This document shows positions 27,868-36,977 of a stretch of DNA of 40,289 bases, piece after piece; positions within the stretch are counted from its first letter, which is position 1, and each line of letters opens with the position of its first letter. The notes beneath the pieces are model-generated. The model worked only from the letters and a program-made list of their open reading frames with translations, made no database searches and had not been told where the DNA came from. The position numbers were made by a program, and so were the translations under genes. This DNA comes from Promethearchaeota archaeon (GTDB lineage Archaea; Asgardarchaeota; Lokiarchaeia; Sigyniarchaeales; SOKP01): positions 1-40,289 of the forward strand of contig RDOE01000023.1 in assembly GCA_011364975.1 (NCBI GenBank), written 5' to 3'.

Positions 27868-29175
27868 ATGAAACGTATAACGTGTTCTGGCTGTTCTTTA
27901 TTATGTGATGATATTATTGTAAGAACAGATGGATTATTTATTGATGAGGTTATAGGAGCCTGTTTAAAGGGAAAAGAAAGATTTGATCAAGTAACTTCTC
28001 CTAATCGAATTACAAATCCTATGATTCGAAAAAATGGAGAATTAGTTAAAGTTACATGGGATGAAGCTCTTGATTACACAGTAAATATTATTAAAAAATC
28101 ATTAAAACCATTACTTTATGGATTTTCTAACATAACATGCGAAGCACAATACAACGGAATAGAATTAGCTAAAGAAATAGATGGATTTATTGATTCTAAC
28201 GCTTCAATTTGTCAGGGTAAAGTTTTTGAGAATCTTTTAGACATAGGTATTAATTTAACTAGTTTAACTGAGATATTAAATAAAGCTGATTTGTTGATCC
28301 TTTGGGGTGCAAATCCAGCTGAGACTATCCCACGTTTGTTGAATAAAGCCTTATTTTCTCGAGGAAAATTTCGGATGACAGGACGGGAAATTAAAACCTT
28401 AATTGTCATAGACCCCGTTAAAACTGCGTCATTCAAAGTAATGGGTGTAAGAGATCTTGCATTATTAATTGAACCGGATAAAGATATTGATTTAATTAGA
28501 ACCTTAAAGGATGAGTGCTGTGCTACCAATGCCATTCCAGAGAAGGGAGTTGCGGGAATAGACCAGGATGACTTAAAAAGATTGCTTCTTCATTTAACTG
28601 GTGCTGAAAATGGAGTAATATTTATTGGGCAAGCTCTGTTACAACCTCATAAGAATTATAACCTAATTAAAGAACTCCTAGAATTACTACAACTTATTAA
28701 TGAGCGACAATCGAAAGGTAGAATTTCATTAATTTTATTAGGAGGGCACTTCAATATGGCTGGATTTGATCATGTAGTATTAAGTAATTATGGAACATAT
28801 GGCAATTTGCAATTTGAAGATAAGAAGTTGAAAAATGAAAAAATAACGTTAGTTAATAAACTAAAAAATGAAGAGTTCGATTGTTCTCTAATAATTGGGA
28901 CTGATCCAATTTCTCATCTTCCTTATTCTCTAAGTTCGAGATTAGCAAAACAACCAATAATTCTCATAGATAATAAGAAATCAGCAACATATCATTTAGC
29001 TCAAGTCGTACTACCAACAGCTATAACTGGAATTGAGAGTAGTGGCATGGCTTATAGACTTGATCAAGTACCAATCGAATTAAATAAAATTGTAAATCCT
29101 CCCTCAAATATTCCTTCTGATGAGGAATTATTACTTCAATTAATTACTAAATTAAAAAGTAAAGATGAGGAATAA
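27868..29175 (+). CDS. fwdB: Formylmethanofuran dehydrogenase subunit B-like (divergent)
   Basis: CSGCSLLCDDI...C, CEAQ..G, DSNASIC, WGANP, GHFN.AG, GIE..G.AYRLDQVP, SDEE. Confidence 0.9.
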   Translation: MKRITCSGCSLLCDDIIVRTDGLFIDEVIGACLKGKERFDQVTSPNRITNPMIRKNGELVKVTWDEALDYTVNIIKKSLKPLLYGFSNITCEAQYNGIELAKEIDGFIDSNASICQGKVFENLLDIGINLTSLTEILNKADLLILWGANPAETIPRLLNKALFSRGKFRMTGREIKTLIVIDPVKTASFKVMGVRDLALLIEPDKDIDLIRTLKDECCATNAIPEKGVAGIDQDDLKRLLLHLTGAENGVIFIGQALLQPHKNYNLIKELLELLQLINERQSKGRISLILLGGHFNMAGFDHVVLSNYGTYGNLQFEDKKLKNEKITLVNKLKNEEFDCSLIIGTDPISHLPYSLSSRLAKQPIILIDNKKSATYHLAQVVLPTAITGIESSGMAYRLDQVPIELNKIVNPPSNIPSDEELLLQLITKLKSKDEE

Positions 29176-29176
29176 C

Positions 29177-29551
29177 ATGAAGCTTATTCTTAATACCATT
29201 CGTAAAATAGATAATGATCAACTTAAGGAATTTAGTTTTGGTGATGATAAGTCATTAGAAGAAAAGTTAGCAGCCTCATTTTTAAATCCTGTGGACTTTA
29301 AGAAAGCTAAATTAAGTTCCTCTTCAAATGTTAAAATTTCCTCTCCAAATTGTTCGGTTATTGTTAAAGGATATGAAGACGTTAATGTACCTGAAGGTAT
29401 GATTTTATTGCCTGTCTCAATTTGGTCCAATCAACTAACTAACATTGAACAAGGAGAAATTAAGTATAAAAATCTTAGTGTTGAGATTGAACTTACAAAT
29501 GAACCTGTATTAAGTTTCAAGAACTTATTAAAAAGAATTAAAGGGGTATAA
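29177..29551 (+). CDS. fwdD: Formylmethanofuran dehydrogenase subunit D-like (divergent)
   Basis: Position between fwdB and fwdA; LNP.D, PEGMI.LP..IWSN double-psi-barrel pattern; ATG 29177 follows GAGGA. Confidence 0.8.
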   Translation: MKLILNTIRKIDNDQLKEFSFGDDKSLEEKLAASFLNPVDFKKAKLSSSSNVKISSPNCSVIVKGYEDVNVPEGMILLPVSIWSNQLTNIEQGEIKYKNLSVEIELTNEPVLSFKNLLKRIKGV

Positions 29552-29555
29552 AATC

Positions 29556-31220
29556 GTGTCGAAATTATTAATTAAAAATGGTTTGATATTTGATCCAATT
29601 AACAGTATTGCAGGGGAAGTTAATGATATTCTAATTGAGAATGGAAAAATTGTGAATAAATTTAGTAATGAAAAAAATGTAAAAGAAATTAATGCAAAAG
29701 ATAAAACCATTATTCCTTCAGCATTAGATATTCATGCCCATATAGCATCTCATCAATTAAACCTAGTCCGTTTATTAGGAGCGAGAGATCTGAAATTTCA
29801 AAAGCATTGGGCAGGATTAAAGCTACTAGACATAACCAAGAATTATATAATGCAAGGTTTTTCTTTCATTTTAGAGGCAAATGTAATGCCTTCATTTGCT
29901 AAACAAACAACATTTGATTTTTTACGTATACCCGTTTTAGATAAAGGATTCCTTTTAAATATCAGTAATTTATGGGCTTTGGAACTTGAATATCAAAAGG
30001 GGTTATATCAGGACGGTGCAATGTTTGTATCTGATCTTTTAAGGAAAGTTAAAGGTTTTGGAGTCAAGATATATAATCCTTTTGAAGCTGAAAATTGGAA
30101 TTGGAACATTTTAAGGAAAGAGCTAACTGAAAAAGGAAGACTTTATAATTTCAATCCTTTAGATGTTTATATTACTGTTACAAAAATAGTTGAATTTCTT
30201 AAACTTCCCCACTCTGTTCATGCCCATATCGAAGGATATGAATCCCGAGAAGTTAAAGAGAATCTTATGAAAGTTTTAAATGAAATTAAACCCTTAAATC
30301 CAATTGAGGCCAGTTCTAATAATCTAAAAGTTGGTAGATCTCAAATTTTTCATTTAGCTCACGCATCTTCTTATAATATTGATGGAGATAATTCGGAGCT
30401 AATAGATTTCTTCAATAAAAATATAAAGTTTGATCTAGACATAGGTTTTGTTGGATTTAACCCAATAAATCCTATAATGACTTCAGACAGAAGATTTTTC
30501 AATTCCTTTAAAAACTTAAATGAAAAAAGACCTGTCGTAAGAGAATCCTTAGAATCGGAAGGTGATAGTTTTATCGGTGTAAGAGAATTCAATAAACGGA
30601 ATGTTGATCATTGTAATCTGTGGGGTAATGCTTTAGACTTAGCATTGAATATTAAAAATAAATGGCAACTTCAATTTTCAGTTAATTTTCCAATTTACAG
30701 TGATATCAAGAACACTCCCCTGATTTATGAATGGTTAATGAATAAAAATTCAAGGGAACGATTTATGAAAGATATGAATACCGAATTTTTGAAAAAGCAT
30801 CCAATTGTTAATAACTCTGATGAGTATTCTTTTAAGGATTTAATAATTATCACACGGTCAAGCCCTGCAAAATCTTTAGGATTAGAAAAATATAAAGGAA
30901 ATCTTGGATTGGGGGCTGATGGAGATTTAAATGTACTTGATATTAATATTGACACACTAGATCCTTCAAAACAAGTTGAGGAGATAATTAAAGCATTTCA
31001 AAATATTGAATATGTAATCAAGGAAGGAAATATTGTAAAAAAACAGGATGATTTCGCTCTTAATTATCCCGGTAAAATATTTTGGAGCAAGGGAAATGCA
31101 AATATAGAAAAATCAGCTACAATTCTAAACAAAAAACGAGAATTTTATGAGAAGTATAGCTCAATTTTTTATGATAGTTTCGAAACAAATATAAAAAAAG
31201 AATTTTTAAGAGAAATCTGA
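29556..31220 (+). CDS. fwdA: Formylmethanofuran dehydrogenase subunit A-like amidohydrolase (divergent)
   Basis: IKNG..FDP.N, DIHAH, G.K..NP, LPHSVHAH, ITRSSPAK.LGL, LG.GADGD; GTG start. Confidence 0.9.
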   Translation: MSKLLIKNGLIFDPINSIAGEVNDILIENGKIVNKFSNEKNVKEINAKDKTIIPSALDIHAHIASHQLNLVRLLGARDLKFQKHWAGLKLLDITKNYIMQGFSFILEANVMPSFAKQTTFDFLRIPVLDKGFLLNISNLWALELEYQKGLYQDGAMFVSDLLRKVKGFGVKIYNPFEAENWNWNILRKELTEKGRLYNFNPLDVYITVTKIVEFLKLPHSVHAHIEGYESREVKENLMKVLNEIKPLNPIEASSNNLKVGRSQIFHLAHASSYNIDGDNSELIDFFNKNIKFDLDIGFVGFNPINPIMTSDRRFFNSFKNLNEKRPVVRESLESEGDSFIGVREFNKRNVDHCNLWGNALDLALNIKNKWQLQFSVNFPIYSDIKNTPLIYEWLMNKNSRERFMKDMNTEFLKKHPIVNNSDEYSFKDLIIITRSSPAKSLGLEKYKGNLGLGADGDLNVLDINIDTLDPSKQVEEIIKAFQNIEYVIKEGNIVKKQDDFALNYPGKIFWSKGNANIEKSATILNKKREFYEKYSSIFYDSFETNIKKEFLREI

Positions 31221-31237
31221 ATTTCCCTTTATATTAT

Positions 31238-32758
31238 TTATCCGATCGCATGATAATGTAGCATAGATCGATGGTAATAGCGTGGAGCTATAATATATGC
31301 CAATGGTCTTGTTCTAATATATGTTTCTAAGTCTTGTTCAAAGAATGAATAGATACTTAAATGGATTGTTGGAATTATCAAGTTTCTCCATCTACTTAAT
31401 TGCTTTTCAGAGAGATTATTCTCAATTTTAAGTACGTTTGGATTTAAACACATTAGAAGAGCATATTCCATCAATTCAGGAATAAATTTAGCGCTTTGGG
31501 CTTTCAATATATTAGATTGAGCACGCAATAAAATCATCCAAGTCTCTTCAGACTCCCAGGGATACAAAGATGCAATAGAGGAGAAAAACTTTGTTCCTTC
31601 GGGAATATCTTCAATCAGTTCATAAAAATAATTATAGGCATCGAGATTGGTCGAAAATGCTAGTATAAGTAAAACAAAAACCATCTCCTCATTAATGTTT
31701 TGTGTTAAATGTTGATATAAATGTGTTCTTTTGCCAATCATAGGTAAATCTCTCTGAAAATCTACAAATATTTTTAGATTTTCATAATATTGGGTTATTT
31801 CATCATAATTTTCTTGATTTTGGGAACTCCATATAGTAAATAATTTCCCCAGTAAAGAAATTTCTTTCATTATTTTTTCTCTCTCACGTGTTGGGATGGT
31901 TATTTTACGCAAAATATCATCTATGATTTCTTTTGGTTGATTGTAAGGATATTGGGTTCTTAAATTATTCTCGATCATTTTAGCGTCCCGATTATTTCTG
32001 GGAATAACAGCTCCAGGATTATTGATAAGATAGAAAGATAATTTCATCATTCTTTTTTGGGCAATATTGTAATTGTATTCACTCATGGTGATTGAGTTCA
32101 TTACTTCAGTCAAGCTAAGCATATTCATGTTAATTAAATATAACGCCCATATAGGAGAGAAGTTATGAGTACTCATTATATTTCCTATCTGATATATGAT
32201 TGAATTAAATGCATTATCTAAGGCGTTTAAAACCTCAATTAAATCTCTTAAATCTCTTGAATAAAATCTGCGACGTGCATGAATTTCATCAATCATCAGT
32301 TCACCTAAAGGAGTGAGAGTTACGTGTAAACCATTTACTTTAACAGCTCTCTCAATCGATTCTAAATCTCTTGTTAACTCTAATATTTTATCTTTAAGGG
32401 TTCTTGAATCTATTTCTTTATTCTGAATAAATTTTTTTAAATCTTTGATCTCCTTTTTTAATCTAGCTCCTTTTCCAACTTTTAAAAAGGAAAAGGAGCG
32501 ACTAACAGTAGATACATGATGATATTCTCCTTCTAAAGTTACTAAAGTTTTATATGCCTCTCTTATATCTTGAGTAAGTTGAATAAATTGCATTTTTGTA
32601 CTTGTTATCTCACGATCATGATCAATATTTATTTCTTTAGATTCAAATTGAGAGATCAGATGATATTGCATTAATTCCGATATTTCTTCATAAGAGGTTA
32701 CTATATCCTCTTTATTTTTAATTGATGATAATACTTCTAAAGTTCTTTCACAATTCAT
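31238..32758 (-). CDS. Hypothetical helical protein: wHTH-like N-terminus with coiled-coil insertion
   Basis: 506-aa ORF with ATGA overlap to the upstream gene; heptad region at about aa 48-137 followed by VTLTPLG; His/Tyr-rich tail ending HAIG. Confidence 0.8.
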   Translation of the reverse strand: MNCERTLEVLSSIKNKEDIVTSYEEISELMQYHLISQFESKEINIDHDREITSTKMQFIQLTQDIREAYKTLVTLEGEYHHVSTVSRSFSFLKVGKGARLKKEIKDLKKFIQNKEIDSRTLKDKILELTRDLESIERAVKVNGLHVTLTPLGELMIDEIHARRRFYSRDLRDLIEVLNALDNAFNSIIYQIGNIMSTHNFSPIWALYLINMNMLSLTEVMNSITMSEYNYNIAQKRMMKLSFYLINNPGAVIPRNNRDAKMIENNLRTQYPYNQPKEIIDDILRKITIPTREREKIMKEISLLGKLFTIWSSQNQENYDEITQYYENLKIFVDFQRDLPMIGKRTHLYQHLTQNINEEMVFVLLILAFSTNLDAYNYFYELIEDIPEGTKFFSSIASLYPWESEETWMILLRAQSNILKAQSAKFIPELMEYALLMCLNPNVLKIENNLSEKQLSRWRNLIIPTIHLSIYSFFEQDLETYIRTRPLAYIIAPRYYHRSMLHYHAIG

Positions 32759-33966
32759 AATATCTCCACCTTTTCAATTATAGGTATTTCAATTGAAGGT
32801 AAATCTTTACCTTCTATAATAATTGTTAAATTTTGATTCTTATTTTCAGAATAGGTAAAAAAATCTTTATTTAAGGCTTGATAAAACATAAATGCTAATT
32901 CTTCTCTCTGTTTTGACCATGTTATTTGACGGTTTTCCAACAAATGACGGTAAGAATCAATTTGAACTAATGCATATAAAAATTCATATACTAATTTTTG
33001 CCACTCTTTTGTTTGAACTTGAATATATTCATTTAGGGATACTTTCTTCCATATAAAACCTTCTATATCTGCGAAGTGAATTATCCCATCCGCAGCCACT
33101 ACACAATCTTTGTCTAACCATACATCCTGATAACAAATACCCGAAACCTCGTTTCCTTGTAGTTTTGCAGAACGCGTAAAGAGGGTTAAGAGAGCTATGC
33201 CACTTTTTATAAAATTTAGTTCGAAGATTTCTACGTCTTGCAGTGATTTAATTCCAAATAATTCGAATATTGAACTTGGGGCCGCAATGACATTATCTGA
33301 TTCGAAATATAGTCTAATATTTGATGGAACAAGGCGTAATACTTGATAGAAATGGTCTTTATAAGTTCGAAACCAAAAAAAGTTACGTGCTGCTTTTTCT
33401 ACCTCTTTTGGAAGTTGAACAACAGCTATAGCGGGGCATAAATATGCACCATTGATAGAATCCATTTCTGCTACTTTTGAAAATTCTAATTCGTCGAACC
33501 CGTTTACCAGACCTTGTGCCCCATATGGACTTTCCCCCATCCAAGACTCACCCATAATAAACCCAGTGGCTTTTGATAAACCAGCTAATCTATGTAGAGC
33601 TTTTGGATCCCGACAGGTATTCCTTAGCTTTTCAAGAGTTAAACTTCCCCCAAAAAACATATCTTGATAAGCTCCGCATCCTTTATCAGACAAATAAAAT
33701 GGTTTCTTATTGATCTCAAACGAAAATTCAGGGATTATTGCATTTCTATTTTCATCTCTAATTGCAGCTATTTTTTTCTGCGTTAATTCATTGAACTGAG
33801 CTGTAGCAGATCCTAAATATGAAAATATCCACTTTTCTAGTGATTTAAACTGGGGATTTATAGAAATGGACTCTGGTTCTACTTGAAAGAGTTCACTATC
33901 AATTGACTTGATTAAATACTTATGGTATAAAGAATTAACATTAGAATTTATTGTAATTTGGGTCAG
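32755..33966 (-). CDS. SelO-like protein-kinase-fold protein
   Basis: Frame is open 91 codons upstream of the tracked TTG, to CTG 33966; R.NA...LSDKGCG, E..S, AIAVV.LP, RLVPSNIR, HFADIE. The CDS is secure; the family call is inferred. Confidence 0.6.
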   Translation of the reverse strand: MTQITINSNVNSLYHKYLIKSIDSELFQVEPESISINPQFKSLEKWIFSYLGSATAQFNELTQKKIAAIRDENRNAIIPEFSFEINKKPFYLSDKGCGAYQDMFFGGSLTLEKLRNTCRDPKALHRLAGLSKATGFIMGESWMGESPYGAQGLVNGFDELEFSKVAEMDSINGAYLCPAIAVVQLPKEVEKAARNFFWFRTYKDHFYQVLRLVPSNIRLYFESDNVIAAPSSIFELFGIKSLQDVEIFELNFIKSGIALLTLFTRSAKLQGNEVSGICYQDVWLDKDCVVAADGIIHFADIEGFIWKKVSLNEYIQVQTKEWQKLVYEFLYALVQIDSYRHLLENRQITWSKQREELAFMFYQALNKDFFTYSENKNQNLTIIIEGKDLPSIEIPIIEKVEIL

Positions 33967-35636
33967 TAACGTCTCACCTTAACCTTTGGCATCTCCTTTC
34001 CTAATAGATTTATTTTTCCAATAATTTCAGCATTAAAATCATCATAGATATTTTTTGCGGGACTGTTCCATTCTGCGATTTCGGTTATTGCTGAATTTAA
34101 ACCTAGTTCTTTAAGTGCTGAAAGACGGGATAATACAATCATCCTCCCAATCCCTTGATTTCTGAATGCAGGATGGACATAAAGCCCATAAAGCCAACCT
34201 TGGGTTTCACCGGGAGTAAGAAATCCTGCTCCCAATACAATTTCATTCATAAGCATTTCAGGTTTTGGATAATTTCTTCTATTTAATTCCGTCATTAGAG
34301 TTTGCACCCAACTTTCATTAATTGATGCGATAGCAACTACAGCAATATCATCATGAGAAGATTTTATCACCCATTTAGCATACTTTTTGCTCTTTTTACC
34401 ACTATCTTCATTCGCAATCATTTTCATCACAGCATCCAAATGTTGTTCATTGAGAGGTCTAATATGATTAGTATCGAAACTCAAATCCCGCTGGTCAAGA
34501 TCACTAACTTTAAAAATATCAAATGTTTCAATTGTTCTAAAATCCTTCAATCGACTAATTTCTGTGAAGGCATATTTAACTTTAGCATATTCTGCCATAT
34601 TAGAAACATAACTACCATAAAAGGTTCCCACCTTCTCATCTGTCTCTATAAATCCTATCCCTTCAATAAGATCATTTTTATAGGCGCACACTATTTTTTT
34701 ATCATGGGCTCTAGCTCTAACTAAAAAGGAAGGAATCATTTCTGAATACGCGGATTCAATAGCAAACTTTGCATTTTGAGGTAAATTTCTTTCAATTACA
34801 ATATCACCTTCCTTAGTTGGAGTTATCCTTGGTCTCCAGCGTAAGTTTTCATACACTACATAAAAGAGTATAACAAAACAGAAGATAGGAAACCAATAAG
34901 CAAGTAGGTACATTCCAATATTAAAGGGTCTCAAATAATTTGCTGATGTAATAAAAATAACGGAATTTAACTGAAATTGAGACCAAAAATGAGTATCTCT
35001 ATCATAACCATCATCAAATTCTGTATATACTTCTCCAATAAGAAAACCATCAGGTGTAAAATAATCACTTACTTCATAATTTGCATCAAATGTTCCATAA
35101 ATATCATCTCTGACGTAGGATCCCGTTCTATAGAGTTTATTCCCTAAAAAGGGCATTAAATGTCCAACCCAAATATTATGATAACCCTCTAAAACTTCAA
35201 AAGAGATATCTAATAAAAAGTACGTAGATGCTTGAATACCCCCAGGAATATGGAACCATACATTCATTCCAGTAGTGTCAAGATCTTCTTGATCCGTTCC
35301 CCAAACGTAGGACCCATCAATTAAAGAATAAGAGAAAATATAATCGTCAATATCACTTTCGAAATAACCATAATAGTTTTCTTCCCAAGTCCAAGAAATT
35401 CGTGCAGTAACATTGGCATAATTCCCGTTAAAGTCAATTATATAATGACCAGTAGCTCGAAACGTTTCTGTATATCCCTCGTACCATCCACCAGTACCTA
35501 TTAAATCCCAATTATACACATATTCGAATTCGATGTCATGAGACGAAGATTTGACGCCTAAATATGGGATGCCGAATAATTGTACTATAGTAGATATCAT
35601 TACAAATAGTATTATTAAAACTGTTCGTTTTCTCAT
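33963..35636 (-). CDS. Single-pass receptor-like protein with cytoplasmic GNAT acetyltransferase
   Basis: N-terminal signal or anchor, about 210-aa acidic/aromatic ectodomain, TM (MYLLAYWFPIFCFVILFYVVY), C-terminal GLYVHPAFRNQGIG and N.PA..IY GNAT motifs. Confidence 0.85.
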   Translation of the reverse strand: MRKRTVLIILFVMISTIVQLFGIPYLGVKSSSHDIEFEYVYNWDLIGTGGWYEGYTETFRATGHYIIDFNGNYANVTARISWTWEENYYGYFESDIDDYIFSYSLIDGSYVWGTDQEDLDTTGMNVWFHIPGGIQASTYFLLDISFEVLEGYHNIWVGHLMPFLGNKLYRTGSYVRDDIYGTFDANYEVSDYFTPDGFLIGEVYTEFDDGYDRDTHFWSQFQLNSVIFITSANYLRPFNIGMYLLAYWFPIFCFVILFYVVYENLRWRPRITPTKEGDIVIERNLPQNAKFAIESAYSEMIPSFLVRARAHDKKIVCAYKNDLIEGIGFIETDEKVGTFYGSYVSNMAEYAKVKYAFTEISRLKDFRTIETFDIFKVSDLDQRDLSFDTNHIRPLNEQHLDAVMKMIANEDSGKKSKKYAKWVIKSSHDDIAVVAIASINESWVQTLMTELNRRNYPKPEMLMNEIVLGAGFLTPGETQGWLYGLYVHPAFRNQGIGRMIVLSRLSALKELGLNSAITEIAEWNSPAKNIYDDFNAEIIGKINLLGKEMPKVKVRRY

Positions 35637-35890
35637 AATTTTAATTTAACTCGTAATGTTATTGGATTATATATTGTAATATTATTAATGCATATCTTAA
35701 TTTAAAGTGCATTAATATGGAATTTCTTATGGATTTTAATATAAACTTACCCTTTTAAATCTTCATATTGTAGTGAGATTGGCTTTTTTAAAAAAGCTTA
35801 CATACATGTCAAAACTTTAATAGTGAATTTATCCAAATAAATAATATATATCTAAATTTGATTCTTTGAATTATGGTAAGAGGGTAATCT

Positions 35891-36526
35891 ATGGGTGAAA
35901 ATTCAAAAGCAAGCATAATTTGTCCTAAATGTAGAAAGGAAAATAATATTATAAATGAATATTGTGTTGAATGCGGTTCCCGTCTAAAGGAAAAAAACTC
36001 GAAATTGTTTCAGATTGTGGAAAATCTAAAAGCAGATTTATATGGGAGTGTAATTTGTATAGTTGTATTTGTTGCATTCATGATTTTCGTCACATATGGT
36101 ATAATATCCAATTACGGAGCCTATGGTTTTATTTCAATTCTAATCATTTGGCCCTTAACAATAGGGTTTATCCTATGGACAAGACATTATCTAAAGGGGC
36201 TTTCAAAGATTAGGAGATTTACAATTACTAAGGATTACATAGAAATATTTGTGCCCCATAAACCACAATTCCATATTAATTGGACTGATTTTAATTCTAT
36301 CGAAATTAAAAGGAGTGATTCAATAACAACTGTCCCAACTGGAGATGGAATTGTTATGGGTCCCAGATTTGTATACTTTAATTTAATCTTTAGAGGTTCT
36401 AATTTAGAGCGCAGCTATGAGTTTGAATCGGGAAAAGATTTCAAAGTGAAATCGAGAAAAAAAATTTTAATTGCTTTAGAACAATTAGCGCAAAAACAAG
36501 GTAAGACCTTTAAAGCTTGGAGATGA
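35891..36526 (+). CDS. Zinc-ribbon plus two-TM membrane protein with PH-like C-terminal domain
   Basis: CPKC...YCVECG; two TM helices; F.ITKDYI...INWTDF.SIEI bacterial-PH-like pattern. Confidence 0.8.
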   Translation: MGENSKASIICPKCRKENNIINEYCVECGSRLKEKNSKLFQIVENLKADLYGSVICIVVFVAFMIFVTYGIISNYGAYGFISILIIWPLTIGFILWTRHYLKGLSKIRRFTITKDYIEIFVPHKPQFHINWTDFNSIEIKRSDSITTVPTGDGIVMGPRFVYFNLIFRGSNLERSYEFESGKDFKVKSRKKILIALEQLAQKQGKTFKAWR

Positions 36527-36640
36527 AAGAACTGTCATTAATTCAGAAACGAGCGAAATAAGATATCAATATAATCATCTAGTATTTTTTTCTGGGCATT
36601 GAGATTTTATTTATATCTTTTTACTAAATTTTAATTGAAA

Positions 36641-36662
36641 TCAGACGCTGAATTTACATTTC
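36641..36662 (+). repeat. Intergenic 22-bp direct repeat, copy 1
   Basis: TCAGACGCTGAATTTACATTTC; 20/22 identical to 39056-39077. Confidence 0.7.
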
Positions 36663-36977
36663 AATTTCACAGAAAATTGGGACAAACTTTAACAAAGCTT
36701 GAAACTTACGTTGTAGTTATAAAAATATCAAAAATGACGTGAGAAAAACATGAATGACGGAAAGGAATTTGATGCATCTTTTTCAGTAACCATTGAATGA
36801 AAAACAGTAATAGATTTATGGGAGGAGTATATTGAGGCAGCAAAAACGATCAAGATGATCAGATAAAAACCATGTATTATTCTAAAATGTCAAAATATTA
36901 ACTATTAAAAATAAATACTGAGAAATGTTATATACCCCTTATCTCTATACAAGTAATTTCAAAGAAGTGAATCTAAC

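Noticed and set aside
28192-28215. Selenocysteine in FwdB
   Set aside because: The ligand codon is TGT (Cys) at 28210; there is no in-frame TGA.
36750-36866. Short ORF with in-frame TGA (MNDGKEFDASFSVTIE*KTVIDLWEEYIEAAKTIKMIR) as a selenoprotein
   Set aside because: No redox motif context and no recognisable SECIS; more likely a gene remnant or chance.
36527-36977. Integron attC site or CRISPR array in the long intergenic region
   Set aside because: No convincing paired RYYYAAC/GTTRRRY boxes, no integrase, and only two repeat copies 2.4 kb apart.
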